Source: Promethearchaeia archaeon
GTDB taxonomy: Archaea; Asgardarchaeota; Lokiarchaeia; Sigyniarchaeales; SOKP01
Direction: 5' to 3'
DNA length: 64,000 nt
Assembly: GCA_029856145.1 (NCBI GenBank)
Contig: JAHQWK010000008.1
Location: 96,001 to 160,000 of the forward strand
The position numbers and the translations under genes are program-made. The notes below the pieces were generated by a model. It saw nothing but the letters and a program-made list of their open reading frames with translations. It was not told the DNA's origin and searched no databases. Below, piece after piece: positions 39,791 through 49,615 of the stretch. Position 1 is the stretch's first letter. Every line of letters starts with the position of its first letter.

Positions 39791-40030
39791 TTATTTTGGC
39801 TTAGCGTTTTTTATTAAATTATCCAATTCTGTTATTATTATTTGGTATTTATCTCGAATCCGAATTTTCTCGAATTTATTTGTAAGACCCATGACTGATT
39901 GATCAAACTGATTTACTTTTTGAGTAAATACAGGGATTTTCTTAAGTGTTTTATATGTGTTTTCTTTTAGACTAATCTGATATTCTAAATTTTGTAAAAA
40001 TTTATTTTCTATTTCTATCAAATACATCAT
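39791..40030 (-). CDS. Short hypothetical ORF, possibly a gene remnant
   Basis: 79-aa ORF, AGGA upstream, no recognisable motif. Confidence 0.3.
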   Translation of the reverse strand: MMYLIEIENKFLQNLEYQISLKENTYKTLKKIPVFTQKVNQFDQSVMGLTNKFEKIRIRDKYQIIITELDNLIKNAKPK

Positions 40031-40239
40031 CCTATTTCATAAATTATATTATTGAGTAAAATCAGTCCATCTGCTTTAAAAAATATAAATGTCATATAAA
40101 TATCATCGAAATTACTCTAAAATCACTATTCTTTTAGTGGTTTCTCTTAATAAATTGAAATTATAAACATAGGAATAATATTTAGATGAGATCTCGATAT
40201 TATATCGATCAATATACATTTTAGCGCAAAAATTCTAAC

Positions 40240-40551
40240 TTAAAAACTCTGTTTTACTAGGTTATACAAGAGGATGCCCAGCAATTCTCTTTGTTCTCTG
40301 ACAGTTCTAGCAATTCCGTTCAGGTTTATTATCATTGCTCCAAGACAAAGTATTCCCCCTGAAAACACGATAACCCATCCTAATGAAGGTTCACGGAGAG
40401 GAAAGTTATCCCATGCAAGTAAAAATCCAACAATTCCTATTATATACCAAAAAAGCATGAAAGAAAAATAACATTTAATCTTTCTATTACTGTATATATT
40501 TAACCTTCTAATTAGGATTTTAAATTTTATGATAAATTTTGAATTGGTCAT
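40240..40551 (-). CDS. Small two-TM membrane protein
   Basis: Two hydrophobic segments (FMLFWYIIGIVGFLLAW; LGWVIVFSGGILCLGAMII). Confidence 0.5.
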   Translation of the reverse strand: MTNSKFIIKFKILIRRLNIYSNRKIKCYFSFMLFWYIIGIVGFLLAWDNFPLREPSLGWVIVFSGGILCLGAMIINLNGIARTVREQRELLGILLYNLVKQSF

Positions 40552-40670
40552 ATCTCTGAATTTAAATTATAAGGTATCAATTTAAACAAAAAAAAACCAA
40601 AGAGTTTTTTTTTTAAAAAGTTATAGTTAATTAGATTTTATAAAAAAAATATAATAAAAGACAAAAAATC

Positions 40671-41993
40671 ATGAATTTAAATGCAAATGAATTTATGAAA
40701 AAAATTCAACTTTTAATGTCTCAGGGGCAAGTTGAAGAGGCAATTGATTTACTTGAAGACTCTATAAAGTCCAACCCTAAGTTTGTTGAGAGATGGATGT
40801 TGCTTGCATCGATTTTTCGAGCTGTGGGGCGAATTGATAAGTCAATCGAGATTTGTAAAAAAGCCTCAGAGATTATACCTGACAATTCAATAATCTGGAA
40901 TAATCTTGGGCATCTATATATTGAGAAAAATCTTTATGAGGAAGCGATTGACCCAATTAAAAAAGCATTATCCATTGACTCTAAAAATGCGAGTGCGTGG
41001 TTTTCTCTTGGTCGAGTATATGTGTCGAAAGAGGATTATACCCAAGGTATTGAAGCTTTTGAAAAAGCGGTAAAAATCGCACCAAATCGAGTTGAATTAT
41101 GGAATGCTCTGGGATCAGCATTAGATGATAATAATCAGTATAAAGAATCAATCAGAGCCTATAAGAAAGCGTTAGAACTTCAACCGGATTCATTTAATAC
41201 TATGGTTGGTTTAGGTATGGTCTATGCAAATGCTGGAGATTTTAAGGACGCAATAAAGACTTATGAAAAATGTTTAAAAGTTGAACCTGATAACGAAGTG
41301 TTATGGTTTCAACTTGGTAAGGCACTTTCAGGTGCGGGGAAATTAGATGACGCAGTTAGGGCAATCAAGGAGGGATTAGCTCTCAATCCTAGTATTGTTC
41401 AAGCATGGATGGATCTCCACGATGTATATGAAAAGAAAGGAGAACAAGAGCTTGCAATTGAAGCCATGAGAAAAGCTATGGTAACGGGAAAAGTGGATAT
41501 TGCATTCGCAGGTAGTGAAGAAGAAGCAATATCCAAAATTGGTGAATGGGGTCAAGAGCAAAAAAACAAGGAAACTGAGCTTGATTCAATGGTAGAAAGA
41601 CGATTATTCCCTTCTTGGTCATTTAAGGTCCCACCAGATTTTGAAGAGCGTCCAGACGGAAACAGAACTCAGTTGATTTCGCCTGATGGAGAAAGATGCA
41701 TTACAACAAGTGCATTAACTTTTGGAGAACAAGCACTCCCTGAAATTATTGCTGATATTGGCAGACAATATGAACAAGCGGGATTTAAAAAAAGATTTGA
41801 TATAAAATACAAGGATTACACCGGTTTTGTCTTTGAAAATGACCAGTACGCTCATATGGGTACTTTTGTAATACAAAGGGCAATGGCTGCACCTTCAGGA
41901 GTCCTTATGTTGACATTCTCTGTCGCCGACACAAAAGAAAATAAAGATTGGGCTTTGCTTGTAATTAATACAGTGAAGTATTACAAAAACTAA
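40671..41993 (+). CDS. TPR repeat protein (about 8 repeats) with C-terminal alpha/beta domain
   Basis: Repeating W..LG..Y......EA...Y.KA....P pattern over residues ~5-270. Confidence 0.92.
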   Translation: MNLNANEFMKKIQLLMSQGQVEEAIDLLEDSIKSNPKFVERWMLLASIFRAVGRIDKSIEICKKASEIIPDNSIIWNNLGHLYIEKNLYEEAIDPIKKALSIDSKNASAWFSLGRVYVSKEDYTQGIEAFEKAVKIAPNRVELWNALGSALDDNNQYKESIRAYKKALELQPDSFNTMVGLGMVYANAGDFKDAIKTYEKCLKVEPDNEVLWFQLGKALSGAGKLDDAVRAIKEGLALNPSIVQAWMDLHDVYEKKGEQELAIEAMRKAMVTGKVDIAFAGSEEEAISKIGEWGQEQKNKETELDSMVERRLFPSWSFKVPPDFEERPDGNRTQLISPDGERCITTSALTFGEQALPEIIADIGRQYEQAGFKKRFDIKYKDYTGFVFENDQYAHMGTFVIQRAMAAPSGVLMLTFSVADTKENKDWALLVINTVKYYKN

Positions 41994-42053
41994 TGAGGTT
42001 TCAAGACTCAAAGTAAGACAGAACAATGAATTAAAAGTTTATAATCATATTTC

Positions 42054-44810
42054 ATGTTTAGTATGGAAGAAAATATCTTAAAATGTAAAAATTGTGGTTC
42101 TACGGATATTTTACAAACTATTGAAGGATTTGTGTGTAGAAGCTGTGGAATACTCTGGAATGATGATATGGAATATAGCAAACTTACTAAACCGAAAGAG
42201 TTTAAAGTTAACGATTATCTAAGTTTAAAGTTAGAGGGTAATAGTACCAATATCTATGTTAAAGGAAGATTATTCCAACAGTGCAAATTTCTCTTATTGA
42301 ATATACCTATTGATGAGATAACATCGTTTGATGCTGTTGAATCGATCGATGAAGCAGCAGATAAGTTGGATCGCTCATTAGAAAACCCTTCAAGTAATTT
42401 TATGATCCCTCCTGAAACGGAATTCTGGGGTCACTGTTCAAATCTACAAGTCTGGTATGAAAATAATTACGATACACGTTTAATCCATAGTAATTTGGCA
42501 TTTCCTTTATTGAAAAGACTAGTGGAAGCCGGGGATGTGAATGCTAAGAAAGTCTCTAAAGAGGAGATTGTTAACCGATATATCGAAGGAAATGAAACAG
42601 TTCAAACCTATTTAATGGAGCAAGGCTATTTAACCAATCTAGAAAGTGAAGAACTCAAATTATTAGCCATGGAATTATTCGGAAAAGAGAATTATACTGG
42701 TTTGGCTCTCTTTAACATAAACACTATTCAACATATTAGGTTTAGAAAAGATGAAGTAATAGACTTAATTTTTGATTCGAATTATGAATTTAAAAGTTGG
42801 ATAAATAAATTCTTAAAAGAAAGACTTAATGCTGGATTATTCATTCATAGATTATTATTATCTTTATTTACTACTAGCCTGAATAAAACCGATGAGTTTA
42901 CAAAGAACTTATATAAAAATGGTTTTAAGAAATGTTTTCTCCAAGCTGATAATAGAACAAAGTTAGAGTTAGCCTATAGGGCAGAATTACAGATCTTTGA
43001 TAATAAAGAGAGAGAACACCTTCTTAATTTTATAGATTTTGAGGTAATAAATGAATATCAACCAGAAGAAGCACTCCATATATTAAGTCATTTTGTATAT
43101 TATGAGTCGACTAAAGCTAGAAAAGTCCTTCACGAAAAGATAAAAAAGTATTTTGAAAATAAAAATAAGGCTATGATACGACATATAATTGAATGTAAAT
43201 ATATACAATACTTAGAGCCTCGTGAATTAGATTTTTTAATAGAAAATTTTGATTACACAATTATAACTGAACAGGAAGTAAGAAAACCTTTTGAAGATGA
43301 AGCGTATAAGCAATTAGGAATCTTAGGTAATTTTGGATATTCTAAGGCAAATCAGATTCTTAAGGAAGAATTTTTGAAAAGATTTAAAGAGGATCAGCTT
43401 AAGGGAGTTGATTTCTTAAGGGGATATCTAAGTCATTTAAAAAGAACTGAGTTAGAAGATTTTTTAAAAGATTTAGATTATACCACAATCCTCAATCAAG
43501 ATTTTTCACATACTTTCAATATATTAAGCACATTAGAGGAAATGGGGATTCAGAAAGCAAGAAGAATATACAAGCAATTATATGGATCCCGTCCACTAGT
43601 TAAACTTTTTTCCTCTATGGATACCAGCAAACAGGAGAGCATTTATGAAAAAAAGTTAGAATTAATACGAAGTATTTTACCTCCCTTAGAATACACTTTT
43701 CTACAAGAGCTTCAGTTACTAATTGACGAGAAAATTCAAATTTTTATAGATCCAAGAATTAGTAATTCTCCTTCCATTGTAATTAAGCAAAAGAAAATTT
43801 CACAAATAAGGATGGAGAGACAAAATATAGAAGTAATACCGAAATCTATTAGAAATTTAAAATCTTTGAAAATTTTAAATCTCAATTACAATCGATTGAA
43901 AGCCCTACCTGAAGAAATTGGTGAAATAACCTTTCTTGAGGATCTTTTGCTAATGGACAATTCAATCACAGGATTACCCGAGACAATGGGAAAGTTAGTT
44001 CATTTACGGTATTTAGATTTGACGAGGAATAAACTAGATTCCCTACCTCGTTCGATTACAAAGCTTAAAAAATTAGAATATTTAAATTTAAATTTCAACA
44101 ACTTTCGAAACATGCCTAAAATTATTGGGAAATTAGAATCTCTAAAGTATCTTTTTTTTGATTATAATCAATTACATAATTTGCCTAACATTTTTCATAA
44201 ATTAGGAAATTTAAAACGAATTGACCTGCAAGGGAATAGATTAAAGACAATACCTGGGGCATTACTAAAATTAAATTCTATTAAGAAGATATCTTTATCC
44301 AAGGAGTTTTTAGATATGAAGACCATTAATCTGCTTGAGTCAATAAAAAAGGAGTATTCTAAATTTGTGAAAGAAGCGGATAGAAAACCTTCAATCTGGA
44401 GTATGCTATGGGAGGAACCCATGGTAAAACCCTTAAATATTTTGTTTGATAAATACATTCTTCGATTTTTTTATGAATGGGGGGGATTTACCAACATTTT
44501 TTGGTCTTACAATGATGAAACTATCACTAAATATGGATATCCTGCTAGACTATACAGTTTACCTTTATCTTCTGATATAATAGATAAATTTAGGTCTCTT
44601 TCTATGAAGTGGCAAAAAATAAATAGATTTTTCATGTATAAAGAAAAATATAATATTGGCTCAAATCTTGAAGTCGAAGCAATGGAGAAGGAACTAGAGG
44701 TATTAAAAAATGAGACTAAAGATACATTTTTAAAGGCGATAAAGCAATTAGGGCCTAATTTTCAGGTTAAGTTCCAAATGGAAGGATATGGACTTCCATA
44801 TGAGAGATAA
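42054..44810 (+). CDS. Multidomain leucine-rich repeat protein with N-terminal TFIIB-type Zn ribbon
   Basis: CKNCG...CRSCG; about 7 LRRs of the L..L.L..N.L..LP..I..L type at residues ~585-750. Confidence 0.9.
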   Translation: MFSMEENILKCKNCGSTDILQTIEGFVCRSCGILWNDDMEYSKLTKPKEFKVNDYLSLKLEGNSTNIYVKGRLFQQCKFLLLNIPIDEITSFDAVESIDEAADKLDRSLENPSSNFMIPPETEFWGHCSNLQVWYENNYDTRLIHSNLAFPLLKRLVEAGDVNAKKVSKEEIVNRYIEGNETVQTYLMEQGYLTNLESEELKLLAMELFGKENYTGLALFNINTIQHIRFRKDEVIDLIFDSNYEFKSWINKFLKERLNAGLFIHRLLLSLFTTSLNKTDEFTKNLYKNGFKKCFLQADNRTKLELAYRAELQIFDNKEREHLLNFIDFEVINEYQPEEALHILSHFVYYESTKARKVLHEKIKKYFENKNKAMIRHIIECKYIQYLEPRELDFLIENFDYTIITEQEVRKPFEDEAYKQLGILGNFGYSKANQILKEEFLKRFKEDQLKGVDFLRGYLSHLKRTELEDFLKDLDYTTILNQDFSHTFNILSTLEEMGIQKARRIYKQLYGSRPLVKLFSSMDTSKQESIYEKKLELIRSILPPLEYTFLQELQLLIDEKIQIFIDPRISNSPSIVIKQKKISQIRMERQNIEVIPKSIRNLKSLKILNLNYNRLKALPEEIGEITFLEDLLLMDNSITGLPETMGKLVHLRYLDLTRNKLDSLPRSITKLKKLEYLNLNFNNFRNMPKIIGKLESLKYLFFDYNQLHNLPNIFHKLGNLKRIDLQGNRLKTIPGALLKLNSIKKISLSKEFLDMKTINLLESIKKEYSKFVKEADRKPSIWSMLWEEPMVKPLNILFDKYILRFFYEWGGFTNIFWSYNDETITKYGYPARLYSLPLSSDIIDKFRSLSMKWQKINRFFMYKEKYNIGSNLEVEAMEKELEVLKNETKDTFLKAIKQLGPNFQVKFQMEGYGLPYER

Positions 44811-45040
44811 AGAGCTTACACGGTTAGCATCTTGAATAACAAATAAATAGGTATTATAAATTAAGATCGCTTTTCATTCAAAAAAAAATAAGTGGATGAA
44901 ATTATAGAAATTACATTAAAATTGAAATAGAAATTGGATTTTGATGAGTGACGGTAAGCAAATAAATAAAGTAGATTTTTACATAAGTTAAAAAATATGG
45001 AATTTATTAATTTTATAATTAGAAAACTTAAGGATTAACA

Positions 45041-45964
45041 ATGGAAGGCTTATTAAAAATTATCGTGAGCGGGCTTGACAATGCAGGTAAGACATCAATC
45101 TTAACAGCTTTAGATAAAAAGTATGATTTTGCGAAAGATATCCTTCAGCTCAAGCCAACTATTAGAGTTGAGTATCATAAGATGAATTTCTTGCGCAGCA
45201 ATTGTGTGATATGGGACATGGGTGGCCAAGAAACATATCGTGAGATTTACATTAATTACCAAGATGTTTATTTTGATGCTACTGATTTACTTATCTATGT
45301 AATTGATATTCAAGATCCAGAACGATTTGATAATTCACTTGAATATTTAAATGCGATTTTAACCTTTTTCTCAGAAAGTGAAATGGACGTTCCAATAATC
45401 ATAACTTTTCATAAATATGATCCTGAATTAAAGGCTGATGAAGAGATCCTCGCAAATATTGAAAAATTAAGGGAAAAAATATTAAATGAATATCCTGATA
45501 TAAATATATTATTTCAGCAGTCGTCCATTTATGATATTATTTCTATTGTCCAGCTAGTTTCATATGGTCTTTCTGTGTTTGATAAAAAGTTTTTTGAACT
45601 TTCAGAATTATTGGAATATTATTTGGAAATTTTTAATAGTCAAGCTCTAATCGTATTTGATCGTAATGGGATCATTATTTCTGAATATTACAATGATATT
45701 GAACCAGAAGTCTATGTTGAGTTGTTAGATTCAATTAAAGAACATATCTTCTTACTTAAGCGGATGGAAGAGGAAAAAATTGAAGGAAATTTTGATTTTA
45801 CCTCAACTGAAGGTATACTCTTTTCCTATTTACTCAGAAAGAAAATAAAGAATGAAATGTTTTTCGTGTCAGCAGTACTTAGAGAACAGCAAAAAGAGAA
45901 TTTCTTTGAAAAATTCCCTGCTTTTCTTGATGATTTAGTTAAGATTTTAGAGCAAATAATATAA
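45041..45964 (+). CDS. Arf/Rag-like small GTPase with probable C-terminal roadblock/longin domain
   Basis: GLDNAGKT, PT, WDMGGQ, HKYD, SSIYD; C-terminal ALIVFDRNGIIISE hairpin pattern. Confidence 0.9.
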   Translation: MEGLLKIIVSGLDNAGKTSILTALDKKYDFAKDILQLKPTIRVEYHKMNFLRSNCVIWDMGGQETYREIYINYQDVYFDATDLLIYVIDIQDPERFDNSLEYLNAILTFFSESEMDVPIIITFHKYDPELKADEEILANIEKLREKILNEYPDINILFQQSSIYDIISIVQLVSYGLSVFDKKFFELSELLEYYLEIFNSQALIVFDRNGIIISEYYNDIEPEVYVELLDSIKEHIFLLKRMEEEKIEGNFDFTSTEGILFSYLLRKKIKNEMFFVSAVLREQQKENFFEKFPAFLDDLVKILEQII

Positions 45965-45990
45965 ACTAAATTAAAGGGAAAAGAATAATA

Positions 45991-47091
45991 TTAATCTATA
46001 TTTAGAAGACTTCGAGCTTTATCTATTAGTTTTTCTTTTTTCTTTTTATGGCTTTTTATGAATTTTAATACTTTCTCAACACATTCTTGTTTATGATCAC
46101 CACACATCAATTCACCTTTAACACACATTTCAAAGTCCTTGGCTAATTTTTCATCATCTTCTTCAAAGTGATACATGAGTATCTTATAAATCATGCATTT
46201 CTGAGGTTCACCACCTAATTCCTTCTGTTCCTTAAGATTTTTTCTGCCACCAGTAAGCGCTCCTTTAACCTTCTTTTCAATTGATTCTAGCGATTCATTA
46301 AACGTGAAGTAACTGTTTGGATGCCTTTTAGCCATTTTTTCGGAACCATCAATTCCCGCTAATAGATAATGATAAGTAGCGCCTGGCAAGAAAAATTTCT
46401 TATAATTTCTTCTGGTTAAATCCCTAGTAAGACGAATATGAGGATCTTGATCTATTCCTACAGGTACAAGAGTCGGTTGAGGCCCTTCTCTTACTTGTGG
46501 AAGTATGATATCTCCTACTTGAACCAATGAGGAAATGTAAAGACCAAATGTTCGCTCACCATAAATTGCTTTTAACATATTCTGTGTGACTAACCTACTA
46601 ACCTTAAAACAAATATCTTTGACTTTTGGCTCTAGTGATTGTCTCCAAATATATGCTTTTTCTGGAGATGGGTCCAAACCGAGTGCTAATATATCTGCAA
46701 GATTATCTACCGCCGTTATTTCTGCTTCCTCCCATGGTATTCCATTGTCTTCCCAACTTTCAATATCTGCAATTCCATAATACGCTTTTCCTCCCATTTT
46801 CTGAAATTCTACGATCTCTAAGGCTGTAGTTGATGTTCCTAAATGAAATGGTCCAGAAGGTTTAATTCCGCTCATTACTGCCCATGGTTGACCTTTTTCT
46901 ATAGCCTTGAAAATAAGGCCTAAATCGCGATGTCCAAAAATGATTTTTCTTCTAATAAATCGATTCTCTATCATTTTTTGTCTAAGAGATTCTGATATTT
47001 CCTCGATCCCAAACTTTTTAATTAATCTAGTATAATCTTCTTCTTCGATTGCTGAGCCTCCCCAAGGATCTATTTTAAAATCGTCGACCAT
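45991..47091 (-). CDS. trpS: Tryptophanyl-tRNA synthetase, archaeal type
   Basis: IDPW, HRDL, PSGPFHLG, PVGIDQDPH, KMAK, ALTGG. Confidence 0.95.
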   Translation of the reverse strand: MVDDFKIDPWGGSAIEEEDYTRLIKKFGIEEISESLRQKMIENRFIRRKIIFGHRDLGLIFKAIEKGQPWAVMSGIKPSGPFHLGTSTTALEIVEFQKMGGKAYYGIADIESWEDNGIPWEEAEITAVDNLADILALGLDPSPEKAYIWRQSLEPKVKDICFKVSRLVTQNMLKAIYGERTFGLYISSLVQVGDIILPQVREGPQPTLVPVGIDQDPHIRLTRDLTRRNYKKFFLPGATYHYLLAGIDGSEKMAKRHPNSYFTFNESLESIEKKVKGALTGGRKNLKEQKELGGEPQKCMIYKILMYHFEEDDEKLAKDFEMCVKGELMCGDHKQECVEKVLKFIKSHKKKKEKLIDKARSLLNID

Positions 47092-47305
47092 GCTTTATTT
47101 CACTCTTTTCATATTTGTTGATATTAAAAATATATACAGAATAATAAATTTTGATACATTTGAATTAAGTTCCAAAAAGTCTATAAAAATTGATGTTAAA
47201 AAATTTTCAATGAAAGTTTTATAAAATGAAATTTTTCTAAACTTTTATATAGTTCTCAAAATAAAATATATTGATCGAACTTAAACTTCGTAATTATATT
47301 AAGGT

Positions 47306-47773
47306 TTGTTCTTAATGAAGAAAGAGAAAGCCCTGGACGAAATCGACCGGAATATACTCAGAATTTTGCAGGGAAATGCTAGAACATCCTATAGAGAGAT
47401 CCAAGATAAATTGGGCATTTCAATAGGAACTATTCACAATCGAATTTCGAAGTTAAAAAAGAATAGTGTGATTGAGGGATATACTTTACGCTTAAACAAT
47501 GAGAAATTGGGTTATAAATTAGCTTTCCTCATAAGAATCAATTGTGATGGTAAATTTACTGAGGAAATCTTAAATGACCTTACGCAAATTCCTGAAGTAT
47601 GTTCCATCTTTCATACAACTGGAGAACAGTCAGCAGCATTAATTTGTCGTTTCAAAGAAAGTGATGATGTCCATGAATTCATTCGAAATCTAAATCAAAA
47701 AGAATATATTACACGAACGAATTCAAATATGATTCTTAAAGAGTACAAAAACACTTCTTTCGTAGAAATTTAA
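47306..47773 (+). CDS. Lrp/AsnC transcriptional regulator
   Basis: LDEIDRNILRILQGNAR HTH plus RAM domain (TTGE); likely start at the ATG at 47315. Confidence 0.93.
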   Translation: MFLMKKEKALDEIDRNILRILQGNARTSYREIQDKLGISIGTIHNRISKLKKNSVIEGYTLRLNNEKLGYKLAFLIRINCDGKFTEEILNDLTQIPEVCSIFHTTGEQSAALICRFKESDDVHEFIRNLNQKEYITRTNSNMILKEYKNTSFVEI

Positions 47774-47886
47774 ATTTTTTAATTAAAGTAATTTTATTTT
47801 TAATATTTCCATAAACTTTTTTTAATTTTGTGATTTAGAGATCTATATAAATAAAGTTTTAAAATTACATTAAAGAAGTGAAATAG

Positions 47887-49464
47887 ATGAGCAATGTTCC
47901 AATAATCATTTTAAAGGAAGGAACAGAGGAAGTTCGTGAGAGAGAAGCGCGAAAACAGAATATTACAGCAATGGTCGCGATCGCTGAGACTGTACGTTCC
48001 ACACTAGGCCCTAAAGGAATGTCAAAAATGCTTGTTGATTCAATGGGCGATGTTACTATTACTAATGATGGCGCAGAGATTCTTAAGAACCTTGATATCG
48101 AAAATATAGCAGCGAATATGATGGTTAATGTAGCAAAATCCATTGATGATGATATCGGTGATGGAACTACATCAGCAGTAATTTTTTCTGCTGCTTTATT
48201 AAATAATGCTTTAGAATTGATTGAACAAGATATTCATCCAAAACCTATTACTCATGGATATAAACTAGCAGCTGATAAAGCGCTTGCTATAATTAAAGAA
48301 ATTGCGGTAAAAATTACGAGTGATAATGATGAGGTTCTTAAAGACGCCGCTAAAACTGCAATGAATGCCAAAGAAATTGCTCCGTTAAAAGATTTTTTTT
48401 CAGATTTAGCATTAAGAGCAATGAAACAAATTACAGATGATGATGGAAAAACATTTAACAAAGTAAGCAATGTAAAAATCGTAAAAGCTCCAGGAAAATC
48501 CCTTAAAGAAACAGAATTAATTAATGGAGTCTACACTCAAAAAGACAAAGTAAATTCTATGATGCCAGATACTATAAAAGATGCAAAGATCGCTGTTATT
48601 AGAAGAAAATTAGATGTAAAAAAGACAGAATTTGATGCCCAAATTCGGATCTCTAGTCCCTCTGAAATCCAAAAATTCCTCGACCAAGAAGATAAAATAC
48701 TCACAGATTACTTAAAAATATTTAAGGACTTAGGAGTTAATTTGATTGTAAATAGTAGTGACGTTTCCGATAAATTTGGTGCCTTTTTAGCAAGGGAAGG
48801 AATTGCAGCTATTAAAAATGTTGGTGAGAGTGATTATAAATCGATTTTAAAAGCTGTTGGCGCTAAACTTGTTGATGATTTATCATCCCTCTCAGAGGAC
48901 GATTTAGGGTTTGCCGAAAAAGTACATTTTGAAAAATTAGGTGATGATGAATATACATTATTCTCAGGGTGTAAAAATCCTAAATCAGTTTCTATCTTAC
49001 TCAAAGGTGGGCTTGATAAGATTCTTAGTACCGCGGAAGTCTCTTTACACGATGTATTATCAGTTATTGCTAAAATAATAGATACAAAAGCAGTTGTAGC
49101 AGGAGGAGGAGCAATTTACATTGAACTTGCCAAAAGGATTAGAGCATATGCAAATGAAATTAGTGGAAAAGAGCAGCTAGCTGTAAATGCATTTGCCTTA
49201 GCTCTTGAAGAGATCCCAAAGACGTTAATAAGGAATGCCGGATTAGAAGAAATCGAAAAATTAACTGAATTAAGAGCAGCTCATAAAACTGATGATGACA
49301 AATGGGTGGGAATTGATACCATTACAAATACTATCGGAGATAATTTTGAAAAGGGAATCGTTGAGCCTGCAGAACTAATCAATCATATCATAAAATCTGG
49401 GAGCGAATTAGCTAACTTAATCTTGAGAGTAGACAGAATTATTAGTGCTAAAGGTAGCAGATAA
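47887..49464 (+). CDS. ths: Group II chaperonin (thermosome) subunit
   Basis: STLGPKGM.KM, ITNDGA.IL, GDGTTS, VAGGGA, GIVEP, ILRVD. Confidence 0.96.
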   Translation: MSNVPIIILKEGTEEVREREARKQNITAMVAIAETVRSTLGPKGMSKMLVDSMGDVTITNDGAEILKNLDIENIAANMMVNVAKSIDDDIGDGTTSAVIFSAALLNNALELIEQDIHPKPITHGYKLAADKALAIIKEIAVKITSDNDEVLKDAAKTAMNAKEIAPLKDFFSDLALRAMKQITDDDGKTFNKVSNVKIVKAPGKSLKETELINGVYTQKDKVNSMMPDTIKDAKIAVIRRKLDVKKTEFDAQIRISSPSEIQKFLDQEDKILTDYLKIFKDLGVNLIVNSSDVSDKFGAFLAREGIAAIKNVGESDYKSILKAVGAKLVDDLSSLSEDDLGFAEKVHFEKLGDDEYTLFSGCKNPKSVSILLKGGLDKILSTAEVSLHDVLSVIAKIIDTKAVVAGGGAIYIELAKRIRAYANEISGKEQLAVNAFALALEEIPKTLIRNAGLEEIEKLTELRAAHKTDDDKWVGIDTITNTIGDNFEKGIVEPAELINHIIKSGSELANLILRVDRIISAKGSR

Positions 49465-49490
49465 TATGTTTTATAATAGTTAAATAGAAT

Positions 49491-49512
49491 TATTTTTTAT
49501 TTTCTTTTTTTT
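49491..49512 (+). terminator. Putative oligo-T terminator after the thermosome gene
   Basis: TATTTTTTATTTTCTTTTTTTT about 30 nt after the stop codon. Confidence 0.45.
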
Positions 49513-49615
49513 ATATTCAATCTTTTAATTTTAGGATATACCATAAGAAATCATCTTAGAAAACTAAAAAAATCAAAAAAGAAAAATTAAAAGTATAATT
49601 GCTATTTGAAATAAT

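Noticed and set aside
40580-40620. A-tract/T-tract inverted repeat as a possible MITE end or ncRNA
   Set aside because: Low-complexity homopolymers with no partner end, target duplication or transposase
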